DNA of 64,000 bases from Bigelowiella natans CCMP2755 (lineage: Eukaryota > Protista > Cercozoa), in NCBI GenBank assembly GCA_000320545.1, contig ADNK01001114.1, positions 2,029 to 66,028 on the forward strand. Reading direction: 5' to 3'. Of the stretch, positions 1-14,493 are shown piece after piece. Every line of letters begins with the position of its first letter. Within the stretch, counting starts at the first letter, position 1. Under the pieces are notes generated by a model, which worked only from the letters and a program-made list of their open reading frames with translations, ran no database searches and was not told the origin of the DNA. The position numbers and the translations under genes are program-made.

Positions 1-84
1 ATGACGTGCACGCAGTGAAAATATACGTCATCATCCCATCCCCATCCTCCTCCTCCTAATCGCCATCACTTGCCTTATTCCTTA

Positions 85-1524
85 CCTCACGGAAGTTGGT
101 CTCGATCGTGAGATGCACGGGCGTGATCGTGCTCACTATGTTGTGCCATAGCCTCTCCCCTGCAAACGCATCATACATAGATGGGGTAGTGGTATTGATG
201 ATGATAATGATGATCGACTTTCTACCACTACTACTAATAGTAGCATCTAACGCCAACACACGTGCTTTGGCCACCTTTGAACGAATCCTCCTTGAAGAGG
301 AGGAGAAAGTAGAACTTCTCCGACGACTGCGTCCGGCACACAGTCGTCGACAGGCACTTGTAGGCTGACGAGCAGAACTCGTACGCCGCTCTGTGAAAGA
401 CGACGACGACAAGGAGGAGGCCAGAGGAGAAAGGACGAAAATTGAACGATAGATAACATACGAGTGTTGGTAGTGAAGGGGTGTCATGTCATCATGCACG
501 CAGCTATATCAGATATGCGTTCGCCAACTGCTGCAACTGCGCGCTCCTACATCTTGGTCTCCTTGGGGCTGCTATCTTCTGGGAGCCGCGTCTTCCGCAC
601 GTGCGCGTAGGCCGTCTTGCAGAGAAGCTTGTGGGAGATCTTGAGCTCCGTCGCGATGAAGTCCTTGTCCAAGCGCGCGTACATGATGTCCAGCAGCGCG
701 TAGCCGCACTCGACCTCCAGCATCTGCAGCTGCTGGCTGGCGGGTGGGTTGTTGGGGTTCGGACACGTGGGGGCGGAGGCGCAGATAAGCTCCCACACCC
801 TCTGGCTGTACTTTGCGAAGAACTTCTTTACCAGGGAGACGGGCCCTGCGCGCAGCACCTCCACGCACACGAACTTCACTACGAATCGCCGCGCGTTGTC
901 GACCTGTGGGAAGAGCACAATCATGCACATACACACGCGCCCGCGTACGCACAAAATAGGCAAAATACCGGGCTCATATCGATATCCTGGTCGAAGAATA
1001 TGTCCATCGCCTTCTCGCACGCCTCCATCCCGCGCTCCACAGCGCTCGGCCCCATTGGCGTCAGCAGCTTGCTCGCGTACACCTTTAGAGGCACAACACC
1101 CAAAACCACAAATGTGAGTATATTTATATACATACATATGTATATGTATATATATATATATATATATTGGCTCGCGCTGACATAGCACAGCTATCATCAC
1201 CTGCATCCACTTCTTAATGAGACGCCAGCACAGGTGCTGGCGCTCGCGAAGGTAAGGAAGTAGCTTGTGCAGCAGCTCGAAGCTTCCAGAAAGAGCCACA
1301 GCCTTCAGGCACTTGTCGAACAGAGACGTGTATTCCTGCCATCCCGCCTTCCCTAGCATGTCGCGCGATTTCATCGGGAATCCTGCGGTCAATTGCTCAA
1401 CGCCCTGAACGATGGTCAAAAAGTATTGCTATTATCATTATGATTATGATTATTGTTATGATGATTATTATTCTTCAAATTTTCTCTTCTTTCCTCTTCC
1501 TCTTCCTGCTTTTTATCATCATCA

Positions 1525-1559
<35 letters not shown>

Positions 1560-4500
1560 ATGATCATCATCATTGTTACCACTCCTTATCAAAATCAACA
1601 CCGTCCTACCTGCACGATGGCCTTGATCGCCTTGGTATGCCCCTCTCCTCCTCCCTTCGTCTCACGGCACGCACAGAGCAGCGGCCCAAGCACCTCGGCT
1701 GCGGCTTGCTTGAGGGTCAGCGCTGCCTTCCGCGACATGCATTGGCACAACACCCCTACCAGAAATTGGGTGTGCGCGCCCTTCTCCTCCACCACCGACC
1801 TCTTGGCGGGAGCTGCTCGGTCGCGCAGTAGTTTATCGAGCGTGAGAAGGCGGTCCAGCAGCGTCAGCAGCTGCTCGGCCAGCCCGGCGTCGCGCGGCAG
1901 CACAAGGGCAACCTTGCCCGACACCTCGCCCAGTCGCTGAACAACTGCCGCTAGGAAATCCGCGGCCATCGCCTGGCACTTCTGCACCTCCTGCATGCCC
2001 AGGAGGAACATTTGCTGCTGGGAGGAGGGGGAGGACGAGGAAGACCGCACACGTCGAAAGGAAGATGCGCGCGTGGCCGCGGCCACGCGCGCGGTGCTGT
2101 GCTCACAGAGATTGAGCAACAGGTCGCGCAAGATGACCCCGTCCGCAGAAAACATCGGCTTCAGGATCGCCTTCGCGTACTTGGGGAATTGAGCATAGAT
2201 AAACTCGTCGACTACGGGCTGAAAATTGTCGTAGAATAGACGCCCTTTGCTCAATCTTCGGGGCGAAGAGGGGAAGGGCGACGACTTCTCCTCGCCCTCC
2301 TCACCGTCGTCAAGGGCCAGATCCTTACAGGTAACGATGGCGTAAAGCTTGCGCGGGGAGGCGCCAAGATGAAGCCCCAGCCGTAGTATTCGCGACGCTG
2401 TATCTGCGATCATTGGTGGTAAGGCTAGTGGAGAGTTGTCGGAAGAAGAGGTCGACGAAGGATGCCGTTGCTCCTGTTTTGAAGATGGCGAAGAGGAGGA
2501 GCCATCTATCCCTTTTGCCCCCTCATCTTCTTCGACCTCCATGCCTGTTTTGGTGTCGTCTGCCTCCTCCTCCTCCGCGTCGATTTCTGTTTCGCCTGCC
2601 TCGTCAAGCTGCTGAAGGCTCTCAGCCTGCATTTGGCGCCTCGCCCTGGCCTCCTGGCGGTAGTGTAGCACCGGCACCTCTGCGACGGCGAGAATGAGCT
2701 TCTCTGCGAGTTCCTTTCGCTTGGCCTCCCCCACAGCCGCCTGGAACAGTCCGTTGCGGTTGAGCGTGTCGTAGGCGTGCACCAGCGTGGCGGTGTTGCT
2801 AGTGTGGGCTAGGAGATAGGAAATGTCCAACCGCTCGAGGGAGCTGTATTGCTCTCCCTGCGCGTTGGCAAGGTGTCTCTGCAAGCCCTTCACGGCGCCG
2901 TTTCGCACGCCGCCGTCGTGTTTAAAAGCCGCCAGCAAGTCGCACACAGCTGCAGCAGAGTCGATGAGGACTCTGCGGCGGTCGAGGCCCTTAAATCCGA
3001 ATTTCTCGTCTCGGGGAGCCATAAGCGCCTCAAAGAGGAGGCGATAGAAGGCGGGGCTGAGCACCGACCCGATTAGCGCGGCACAACGCGAGGGGTGGTG
3101 TTGTAGCAGCGTGTGTACGAAGCGAAACAGTCTCACACAAGTCTTGCACATCGCCTCTTGGTACCTGATTTGTTCGCGCGGAAAGAGAGTCGGTGTTAGG
3201 GAGAGGGGGGGGGGAGAAGAGAGATGAGAAAGGAGGAGAGGAGATGATGGTGAAGCGGACGATTTGTTGGAGATGAAGAGAACCAAAGAAGCAGAAGAAG
3301 AAGTAGAAGAAGGAGCAGTCAATGACTTTCAGGCAACAGAAGCGAGGACACCATACCTCTCCAGCTCGATCGGATCAAGCGCGCGTGCCCAGCCCCTGAC
3401 CTTGTCGCTGTGCACGACGTCCTCCAGGAACGCCCCAACGCTCTCCAGCAAGTTCGAGTTTGTCGTCTTGGAGAGCAGATGGTGCTTTCCGCTGAGGCAC
3501 TCCTCGTCATTGAGAAATCCAGACCGTAGCACCCACGTGTAGCAGTCGAGCGCAGTGGCAAGACACGTCAGGTAGTGCACGAATCGGGGATTTGTCGACC
3601 TGAAATCCTGGGGGAACTTCGGGGCGCGAAGAGGCGCCCCTGCGCCGTGGTCCTTTGCGTCCACCGTGCCGCCCCACTCGAAAACCTCCACGAGCTTGTC
3701 CAGCGTGTTTTCCGAAAGGTACTCGGAGAACCAGGACTTTATGCCTTTGTGTGATGGACGGACGGACGGACGATGAGGGCCGAACCGAGGAGAAAGAGGG
3801 GGGGGGCGAGAGAGAGGGAGAGGCAGGAAGGAGGAACGGAGCATGAGAACAGCGAGTGGTTATCTTGTGTATTGTATAATGTGCTACGTGTGTATGCCCT
3901 ATTGCTACTTGTATCAGCATTTCTACCTTCACTACTAACTATACACTGCTACTACTACTACTACTACTACTATTACCACATGATGATACCGAACGCAAAG
4001 ACGACGACAACGATGACGACGATAACGAGTTCGAGAACCTTCCAGCCTGGCCTTCTCGTGGTTCCCTCGATTTTCGCTGCTGCCGGGATGGATGACGGCG
4101 TGCTTGGACTCCGCTTTGGCTTCGTGGTCCCCTGTCACCACCAGAGCAGCGAAGGCCTCGAAGAGAACCATGATATTCCGGCGGCAGTCATCCTGAAGCC
4201 TCCCAGTGTTGATGAACAGCCATTCGACAAACGCTCGCAGTGTTTGGCAATGCTGCTCGCCCGTCCGGCCTTCCTCCGGTTTGATAAGCAGAGTATATCT
4301 ACGGGCCTGGGGGTCGGCGACGATGCGCTCGAGGTTGCGAAGTACCAGTTCCGCCTCCGCCTTCGTTCCCAAGCTCTGCGTATCGCGGTGGGCCGTTGCA
4401 AGACAGCTCAGCATGACGTCAATCATCTCGAGCACGTACCTTCATTATCGGCGACAAGGACGAGGGAGACGAGGAGCAGTGAGGGGGGGGGGGGGGGGGG

Positions 4501-7136
4501 AGAGCAGCAACAGAGAGGAGAGAGAATGGTGATGAAGAAGGAATATTGTTGTGAAGATTTGTCAAAATCATTCCCAGAGGCGAGGCTTCCAAGAAGGTTT
4601 TAAAAAACTCAGCACGCTACAATCACTAACCTGCAACGACAGTTGCTAGTCCCTCTACTACCGCTACTATTACTACTACTTCCACCCAAGCCTACCTCGA
4701 AACCAAGTCGGCGTGCTCTCGGAACGTCTTATAGATCTGGTTGATCGCGAGGCAACCGCCCAAACGCTTGAACGCGTTCGGGTGTTGGACTAGAAGATAA
4801 ATCCGCCGCATGAGAGACTTTACATTCACTGGCTGCTGTTGCTGCTGCTGCTTCGGTTGGTGCTGCCCACCGCTCTGCTTGCTACGCCTCGACTTGCTGC
4901 CGGCGCCCTTCTTCGTGCTCCTCCGCTTGAAGTTCTTGATCGACCACTTGAGGAACTCCGCGAGCATCTTGGCGCTGAACCGACGGAGGCCGGGAGAGCG
5001 CGGGCTGCCCGCAGCCTCTGTGATAGAGTCTAGGAGGGCCATGGTCTCGTCTTGCTCCTGCTCCAGATTGTTCGTAAACCTTCATTATTATCCAGTTTCA
5101 GAAGGTGGTTTTCGTAGCGCACCCCGTCGTTGTAAGTGGAGGACAAACCATTCATTTCCACAGCACAAGACCCCTTACCCTTAACCCCCCCCCACACGCA
5201 CACGACCTCACACAAACGCACACGGTAGGCTCTACCAGTGGATGATCTGCTCGATGAAGGGCCGGAACAGCTGGCGTGCGACCTTCTCGAAGTCGTTGGC
5301 GAGACGCAGAAGAACAGGAAAGATGCGCTTGTAGAGCTCCGCGAATTTGAAGCTGCTCGCGCGCTTGCCCTTGCCGCGGTTCGGGTCGCGCGCGCGCTGG
5401 GCAACCATGTATATCACGATAGCGTGCAGGGACTCGCACGCTGCGATCTTCATATTGCGGTCGGGAGATTTCTCTGAAAAGAAGACGAGTGGAGGGGGGG
5501 GGGGATATGGAAGGAAATTGGAGATGAGGTACTATTGAATGATGATAGATCCACTGCTAACAATATCCGCTACTAGTCAATTGTACAGAGGCTGTTGTTT
5601 TAGTAGTAGTAGTATTAGTAGTAGTGGTAGTAGTAGTGATAGTAGTGATAGTAACAGTAATAACAGTAGTAATAGTAGCGGTTGGAAGGACAACGTAAAA
5701 GAATAAGGAACTACACTAATCGCAACCTGCAAGATGGCAGATCCTCGGCAAGATTCCGTCCAAGTGCACATGGAGTTTCTGCTCCGGAAAAGGGATATCG
5801 AAGCTAATGTGCTTCTCCGTGTCCCACGCCATGCCCTCCTTCCCCTTAAGTTCGTCGTCGAGGATATATCGGCTGAAGCCTCCAATCCTTCCGAGAAACT
5901 TGAGGATCCTCACGAGAAGCCGGAAGTGCGCGCTCGAGGCGATGTTCACATCGTTGGCAAATTGTTCTATCTGTTGCTGCTGCTGCTGGTCGTCGTCGTT
6001 GCTGCTGCCCTGCGAAAGGTGATGTCAATGAAGAGGATATGTAAGTGCGTGGCGAGTACTTCAACTTAGATACGGCCACTACAAAATGGAAAAAGCATCA
6101 TAACGAGAGCACAGACGGTTTCTTCTCTGCATCTCGAGCTGCTCATTATTACTGTATTACTACCTGATCGGCGTAGACGGCCTTTTGGCCGGGAGAGGAG
6201 GAAGCAAGGTAGTCGTTGAGGAAAGGCACAATACGGCCCACGTACAGCTTGAATACGCGTGGGAGCAGCCGCTGCCACTTCTCGACTACATCCATCGCAA
6301 ATGCCGCCGTCGCGTGGTGGCTGAGCCCGATTTTGAACAAGCGCTTGATCGCGGGCATCAGAACTGGCACGTCCACGAGTTCCTTAGGCACAGACAGCAC
6401 CATCTTTGCGATGGAAATCGTCAGGTCCTCGTCGGAGTACTGCGTCATCCTCAGTGCGACCGAATGCAGGTGTCGCGAGAACTGCACCCAGCAGAACCTG
6501 GGTTTGCAAGGGGGGAGAGAATAAAAATGGGGAGGCGGGGGAGGAGGGGATCGGGTTTAGAAGAATCGTTCTCAACTTCAGAAAATTAGAATTCCAATGG
6601 TGTTCTGTGTTGCTGTGACGAGGCGAAACTGACCTCCTGTTCTCGACACTATCGCTGCTGCCGGTGTAAACTTCACCTTCTTCCTTTCTCTTACTCTTCT
6701 TCTCCTCTTTACCGTCATCATCTTCGTCCTCCCTGCCCACGATGACGGACGCATTGGAAGCCAAATCAATGGAAAGATCCATGCTTCCGCTACTAGTATC
6801 TTCAAATTGATATTGCGAGTTAAGTGACAGCCCAATCTCGCTCGTCAGGCTCGACTCCTTCGCCTCAACCAACATGCCCCCGCCACCGTCGCGCGCGCGC
6901 GCGACAGCCGCCCCGCTGGTGTCCCTAAGCGTCATTGAGAAGGAGGGGAAGGAAGACTCCAGTTCCATCTGCTCCTCTAGCTGGCGACTACGCAGCTCGG
7001 TTAGCTGGTCTTGCACTACGCCGATGTCCGCGAAGTATTGGTACCGATCGCAAACCTAACGGCGAGGGAGAGCAGCAATAGCGGCGGCAGCAGCGATAAC
7101 ATCGTATATAACGACAACCACCCGATCATCATCAAC

Positions 7137-7169
<33 letters not shown>

Positions 7170-9118
7170 CATCAAGGATATTACGACGAACGACGACGGC
7201 TACAAGCCAGCAGCAGCGACGCCAGGCCTCGGCAGGCTGCATATGATACATACCTCGAAGATCACAGCCGTCATCTTGTAGAAGCCGCTCACCATGGGAA
7301 ACTGATCGGAGAGCGAGCGCAGGGTGCCACCGAACTTGAGGACCCACCGCCTCAAATGCTGCCCGCAGGAATTCAGCCTTCTCGTCGTCGAGCCCGCCCC
7401 TTCGCCCGTCCCCACCACGTCGCTGGGCTGCTGCTGGTCGTCATACTTGGAAGAAGAAAGCTTGGCCTTCTTTCGGGAGTATCGGTTTTTCAGGTTTGAA
7501 TTGGTGACGGAGAGGGGCTGATAGAACAGTAAGTCAAAGAGCTCCACGAAGTTTAAGAACAGCTCGAAGTCCTTGGGGTTGCTCGGCCGCATGGCCTTCT
7601 CGTTGGACCCACCCGCTTGCTGAACTCCCGCTGCTTGTGGCTGCTGCCGTTGTCGCGGGTCTCCCGTCACCGCTTCGTCCTCATCCTCCTGCTTCTCCTT
7701 ATTCTCGTCGAAGATGGAGGAGAGGTCGAAGCGCTGCAGCATCCTACAGGCGTTCTCCATCCAGCTGTCAAAGAGCATGGCCTGCATCGCAGTGATAGAC
7801 GTCAGCCCCACTCCTACCTCGTGTACCCAGGACGACCGAAAGGTGTGAGGTGTGAGGAGATTCTGCCAGAAGTGATTGTATTCCTCGTAGCACAGTCGCG
7901 GGAGCTCAAACCCTTCGGTCTGAAGCGTTGTCACACTCACGAGAAGGGCGGGATAGATCGCCTTCTGCACGAGCTGCTTAAACACGACGCCTCTCTCGCT
8001 CGCGACGGTTAGCAACGCCTTGAGGTTGTCGCAGCCACGAGAACGGCTGCGTGAGTCAATGCTTGAGTAAAGTCTCGCGAAGCGAGAGATGAGCGCGCCA
8101 AGATGCGACGTTATTTTCGGATCGATCTTCTCCATGTTCTTCAGAAAGAGCGCGAAGGCCATGAAGAATCGCCCAAGTAGTCGCTGCTCACGGCGCGCGC
8201 GCTCCATAGGTCCGCAGAAAATGAGGGCACTAGTCTCAACCAGCTTCTCAATGAGCTTGCTGAGCTCCTCTGCGCCCATGTAGTGGCGGATGCATTGGGC
8301 GAGGTGACCGAGGTTATTGACAGCGAGAGAGATGTCCACGAAGCTACGTTCAGCCTCGGAAGAAGGAGAGAGCTTGAGAAAGAAGAACTTGACCAGCAAC
8401 GGAATCATCTGGCGAGCGTGCGCTTTCACTCCATCGTTTTCTGTTTCGCAGAAGACCTCCGCAACCTGCATGATTATGGCCTTCATCGCCTGCGCTCCCA
8501 CTTGGCTAATTTGCTGGTTGTGGTGCGCCCAGATAGGCTTCATCACCGCCACAATCTTTTCGATATCCCGCGCCAGGCCATCGCGGAACAGGTATGCGTG
8601 CTCCCGTAGCAGCATAAGCGCGCCCCGGAGAATATCGTGGCGCTGATCATTCACAGTGGTCAGTCCCACAGTGATAAGTTGGTAGAGGAAAGATCTACGC
8701 ATGCAACGGATGCGGTTCTTCTCGGGCAGCGTCTCGCTAAACTCCTTCAGAAAGTAAGATAGGCCCTCAAAACAACCGGAAAGGATGGCGCGTTGCTGTT
8801 TTCCCTTAGACTTTGTCTCTTTCTCAAGAGATCGCATATAGATGTTGATGATGTGCTGAGCGTAGTCGCGCATCACCACGGGATGCTTCCAGGCCATGAG
8901 GCCGATGCATTTTAATAGTTCTCCACGCACTCCCTGCGGTACGTGCGTCGGTCCCAGCTTCAGCTGCCTGATCAACTGCGTTGCATAACCGTCGATGTCG
9001 AGGTTTTCATTGCGAACTATACCGGCGAGGTGAGGGAAAGGGAAGTGACAAGGAGGTCATGAGAGAAAGGAAGGGGAGTACTACGCGTGCTCTTGTACGT
9101 TTGCAGGTGTTGTCGCAA

Positions 9119-9163
<45 letters not shown>

Positions 9164-9838
9164 TTGTGTTTGAAGATCAGTACTATCTAGGTAGAGAAGC
9201 AGAGACAACAGCTCCAGCGCGGCCGCTCGGGCCTTCGCACTCTTCTCAGCCCGAACCATCCGCATTGCAATATTGCCGAGATCAACAGCCGAAGAACTGG
9301 TACGGGAAATAAGTGAGCAGACAATCTTTGACACTTGGGAATGCACAATTTTAATGTTAATGAAATGAAGCACCTGATTCCCTCTCTTACAGTGTACGTG
9401 TACTCAGCTAAGAACCTCATGATCAGGATTCGAGCGTTGATAGTGCTGAGATAAATCATCGCTCAGAGATGTCGTAAAAGTTTGTGAATTCGAGGGTGCC
9501 TTGCGTCGCCAGTGAAGCTCTTCGCGACTCCTAGAAGCCCGTCTTTTGGATGGAGCAGCAATCCTTGACAAGAGTCTTGCTCTGTGGGAGCGATATCATA
9601 CCTGAATATTACATATCTGGTCAGGTACTTCCATCACCTATTATTACCCCTGTTTTCCAACCAACCAGGTGTTGATGACATTGATGACATGTCCCTCCAT
9701 CTTGTCGTCGCGTGAATCTCTAACTTTGGCCAGATGCCTAGAGATCTCCTGATAGGCAAAGCCTTCATCGCTCCGAGAACGGGCATCACCTCGGCGGAGC
9801 TCACGCTCACGAATACGGTGCTCAATTCGTCCGATCAT
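85..9838 (-). CDS. PRKDC: DNA-dependent protein kinase catalytic subunit, N-terminal HEAT-repeat half (multi-exon; continues beyond the left edge)
   Basis: Spliced exons give DNA-PKcs-like motifs in the expected order: LLHPKDGLLGVAKSF; SAVDLGNIAMRMVRAEKSAKARAAALELLSLLL; FPMVSGFYKM; RILKFLGRIGG...AWDTEKHISFDIPF...LDGILPRI; DRNMKIAACESLH; LYKRIFPVLLRLA...ARQLFRPFIEQIIHWFTNN; EFLKWSIK; LVQHPNAFKRLGGCLAINQIYKTFRE; FPMKSRD; AYKCLSTTVCRTQSSEKFY. Putative ATG at 9838. Intron phases are consistent. The FAT and kinase domains lie outside the window. Confidence 0.95.
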
Positions 9839-10255
9839 CCTGTCTCCCGGGCGAGACCCACCAACCGAAAGAAAGGCGAGCTCGAAGAGGCTGGGGAAAG
9901 CCGCAAAGTCCCCAACGCGTTCCTCGAGGAGAGAGGGACGCGGAAGCTTTTTTCAAGAAGCCCTTCGCGCGTCGGGTTGGAGAAATGACGAAAAAATCTA
10001 AACGCTATTCCTTTTTCATACTGCGACAATCGTGCTGAGCATCATGCCATCAGAAAGCTCCTGCGCGGGAGCTTTGAAAAGGCGACAATGCATTCTTGAA
10101 GGCGCATTGCTCAATAATCTTGATTGTTGTCAGATATTCGGTGCGACTTGAATATTATCCTTGTCGTAAGGAGAGGGTGGAGGACTTTTTCTTCTATTAC
10201 GACGACAACACTGACGCGCCCCCACCCAAGCAATTAAGGAGGTGCTGGAAAGGAA
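9839..10255. promoter_or_regulatory. Putative bidirectional promoter between PRKDC and CWF19L2 (417 bp)
   Basis: Short spacer between two divergent ATGs. Inferred from gene geometry only. Confidence 0.55.
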
Positions 10256-13200
10256 ATGCTCGGCGGCATCACGTACAAGAAGAAGAAGAAAAAGGAAGAG
10301 GAAGCAGGCGATGGAGGCAACCAAGGCGATAGAAAGGGCAACCCTGCGCGGGAGTCATGGATGGTATCGTTACTACACCCTATCATCAAACGCTAACTAC
10401 TTATCGGAAAGAACTGACTGACGCACTTGTTTTATCAGACTACCCCTATGCAGTCAAACTCCCTGATTGTTCAACGGAAGAAAAAAGAAGCTGAGGAGGC
10501 AGCCCGTGCGGAGGCAGAGGCAAAGGCAAAGAAAGACGCAGAAAACAAGGCGATTAAGGATCGACACAAAACAAAAAGCTCCGGCATTGCTCTCGTCGGG
10601 GACGGCGGGAATGCGTGGAAACGCCGAGCGTTGCAGCGCATGAGGGAGCGCGCAAAAGAAGAAGGCCGTGCAGAAGACGAGGTCGTCAAGGAAGTTTGGG
10701 GTTCTAAAGAGAAACTCTTCGGACTGAACGCTAAGATGAAGAAGCCCAGAGGCGATAGTCTCGGCAGCTGGAGGAGAGACAGCCGACGACGGAGGGATGA
10801 TGACGACCGAGGATCATATCGCTATCGAAGAGATAGAGATCGTGATGATAGGAGAGGGCAACGACATGGTAGGGATCGGGAGAGCAGACGCAGAGAAGGG
10901 CGCGGAGACGAAAAGCCCGAGGAGGAAGAGCGTGGCTTTGGGTATGCAAGGAAGAATAGGGAGGCATATAGACGGGATTCTGAAAGTAGGGGCAAGAAAA
11001 ATAGTATAGAGGACCGGCGCCAGTCTCGCAGGAATGATGAGGATAAAGGTGGAAAAGACTGGGCTGGGCGCGATGTAGGCCGAAGAGAGGGACAAGATGA
11101 TAAAGAAAAACAGCGAAAGCGCGAGATTGAGGACGCACAGGCTCTGTTACAGAGAGCTCAGGAACACGCCGCACGGAACAAAATGGAATCCGACGCCGCG
11201 AGTGAGCGCAGGGCGTTCCTGTACGGGAGTAGTGGAGGTGGTAAAGGGGGAGATGCCGAGAAAGCACAAGCAGCTGAGAGCAGCAACAATACAGCAATGA
11301 AAGTCGAGGGGACTAAAGAGGAGCTGGTGGCCAAAGCGAATAAGCTCGCCGCTAAGGCAATGCGCGCCAAACTGAAACGCAAGATGGACAAGTATAATAT
11401 GCTGATGGAGCAGGCCGAGGCTCTGCGTGAGCAAGCAGCTCAGGTTGCAGCTGGTGGTGGTGGAGGAGGAGGAGGTAGAAGAAGAGAAGAGGAGACCGTT
11501 GCCCTGAGCCAATTCGACCTGCAAGGCCGTATGATAGAGCTGGGTGCAGGGGGTGCGAAAGGGAAAGCCAACAAGGGCGGCTGGCAGGACGGAGCACCTC
11601 CTAAGAAGAAGCGCAAGCCTGAGAACAAGGTGATGGTAGTGTCGGATAGAAGAAGGGGAATTTTTATGTATCAGCTAATGGATACTATTGCTCTCTGCAG
11701 TTCATAATAATATTTTGTTCGTCGAGAATGTACGATTTACTTGCTCCATTCGCTCTACTCACGCAGATTGGCACTGATGGCAAGCGGGACGGCTATTTCG
11801 ACGCTGATTTGGAGAAAACCGACCTCAAGACGTTGGTGCAGCAGGTTGTGATACTTCGAAGATGATGATAAAACCATATCGATCAAATCTTGAAAATAAA
11901 AACATGATGTGTGTTTAAAATTTGTGCGGGGAATGAGACGGGGGTTTTGAATTTTGAAGAATTAACCCAATATTTCTCACGCCGACCGTTTGTTTTCTCG
12001 ACTTCTTTCCCCCATTCATTTTGTCTGTTTTTGTTTATTTTATACTCTACTTCCTGGCGACAGCTCACTACTCACTCGCTCACATGCTCACTGACTCACC
12101 CACTCACTCACTCATTCACACTAGGAACGAATGGGAACTGCAAACGATTTCAATGCCAACTGGGCTAAGCATGTTATGAGACAAGGCGCCAAGTTTGAGA
12201 CGGGAGATACGGACGAGCAGTTCGACATGGCCGACGTGTCGATGCAAGCCTACGAATCCTCGCAGAACAAAGCGAGGAAGGGCAAGGTCTACCTCCATTC
12301 CATATTGTCTGTTGTCTTTTCTCTCCTTTGAAAGCCATTACTGACATCTCTTAATGTTTTCTGCTTCTTCGTGGGGGGGGGGGTAGTGAAACCTAACTAA
12401 TACTGTGCGTATGGGGGCCATACTAACACCTAGCAACGGGACGAGATACTGCGCAAGAAGGCTGTTTCAGCTCACAACCGTATGGAGAAGATCCTCGCAA
12501 AGTCATATTTCTATCCCCTATCTTTATGAAACTTTATATGCAAAAGTGCCTCATTTAATATTCTCCCCTCCCTTCACACGCTTCTCTCCTATCGCAGTTG
12601 TTACTACTGCATGGACTCTCCAAAGCATCTTGGGCATTTGGTTGTCAGCGTCGGAGTCAAGTGCTATCTGGCAATACCGTCGATTCATCACGTCACCAAC
12701 GGGCATTGCTTGATCATCCCCAGAGAGCACATCATTGCGACCACTCAGGCCGACGAGGACGTGCAGGAGGAGATCATGTACTTCCGCAAGTTCTTGGTGA
12801 AGATGTTTGCGGCGCAGAAGCAAGGATGTGTATTCCAGGAAATAGTGATAAATCTGGAGAAGCAGGTTAGCAACGATATTTTAAGGAGGTGATGAATGGT
12901 GGATAATAGAATATGCGATGGTGTTAAGAGTGTGGTGGAGGGAAGCGAGGATGTCTGTGTATTCGCAGCAACTTCCATATGACGTCATTGCCATTATTGC
13001 AGAGACATACTGTGATCGACTGCGTTCCGATGCCAAAGGATCTCTTCTTGGACGCTCCAATTTTCTTCAAAAAGGCCATATTAGAATCAGGTAACCATGT
13101 GCACGCGTAAAACTGGATTGAATAAATTCTTGCCGCTCGATGTGCAGCACACCGCCCGTTTCACCGAATTTTCTTTGCAGATGAACAATGGTCTGTGAAC

Positions 13201-13795
13201 AAGAAATTAGTGGATACGAGAGAAAAGGTGAAGGAATAGTTTCAGGGATTAGTTTTTAGTGAAACAAAAGTGAGTGATATCCAGGTTGTTTTCTACGCAT
13301 CTGTATCGGCAGAAACCCTTTAATTTTGGGCTGAGTTCGATCTTTTGAAGTTATCACGTTTCACACTTACACGACAAACTACGTTGATTTTTTCACACAT
13401 TAACTGATTATACAGGGATTATGGAGATCTATCCCGAAGAATTTCCCTTTTTTTTCGGTCGAATTTGGAACAGGAGGCGGCTTCGCACATGGTAGACCTG
13501 ACTAATTTCGTACTGCCTGTATTGTTCATTAGAGTAAATGTTGTTGGATGAATTCTCAGTAATCGAGGATAGAGACACATTCAACCCGGCGTGGGGGAAA
13601 TCTGTGCTGTGTGGAATGCTGGGGGAGCCAGCACAAGTTGTGCTCAGAGCTAAGAGAGCCCCACTACATGTTGAAAGATCGAGGGTAGAGCAGTTCAAGA
13701 AGATGTGGCATCGTTTTGATTGGACGCGCAGATTAAAAGGAGGCGATCTTCATGCAAAGTTTCAGCAGAAATCGAAGTCCGCGACAGCAACATGA
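10256..13795 (+). CDS. CWF19L2: CWF19-like protein 2 (spliceosome disassembly factor; CwfJ C-terminal domains), multi-exon
   Basis: N-terminus MLGGITY...RESWM; VGDGGNAWKRRALQRMRERA; NKLAAKAMRAKL; CYYC...GHCLIIPREH...EEIMYFRKFLVKMF; HTVIDCVPMP...APIFFKKAILESDEQWS; FPFFSVEF...GFAHVIED; FKKMWHRFDWT. Exon phases are consistent. Confidence 0.93.
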
Positions 13796-14493
13796 AATCG
13801 TCTGCTGTCAAGGGCTGACAAATTCAGCATCACATCGATCGCACTCTGACCTACATGTAAACATCAACATTTGTCTGATAAGTCGTTCTAGCAGATAGCA
13901 AAATAGCATGCGGGAGGAGATGCCTTTGCGGAGGTCCCAATGCTTTCGCAAGCTCCTTGCCCTACCGCCCCGTCTTGCATGCCATCGAAGGCATTTTTAA
14001 ATGTTTCGCAAAGAGTTGTCAAACTTGCGCTGCTCAAAAACTTTCGTCGCTGGGTGTTCAAAACCCCAAATTCTCGTTGCGATGCTAGCGATGGCCGATC
14101 GAAAATTGAGAAACAGATGACAATGAACATGCACAACGTTCGACTCACAGCCTTTATGTGTTCTGCACGTGCTAGCTATATAGCGTGGTGCATCGTGAAC
14201 TGCGTGTGTCCACACACCTAGCTAGGCATGGGCTCGATCGTCTGTGGAAACTCAACAGCACATCCATTGCTAGGATGCCAAAATGTTTTGTTTGTGACGG
14301 CGCAGCGCCTCTCAGCATTCTTACTTTGCGCTGAACTCTTTGTTATTTTGCACACGTACAACAAGCGTGATTGCATACATAGCTATATACATGCGTGTTG
14401 TACAATTGCAATGCAACTTGTTGTCAACTGAACTATGAAGATCCAATGTAGATTGCTGTAGCTAATATGCAGCCCTGTTGTTTTCTCGTCGCA

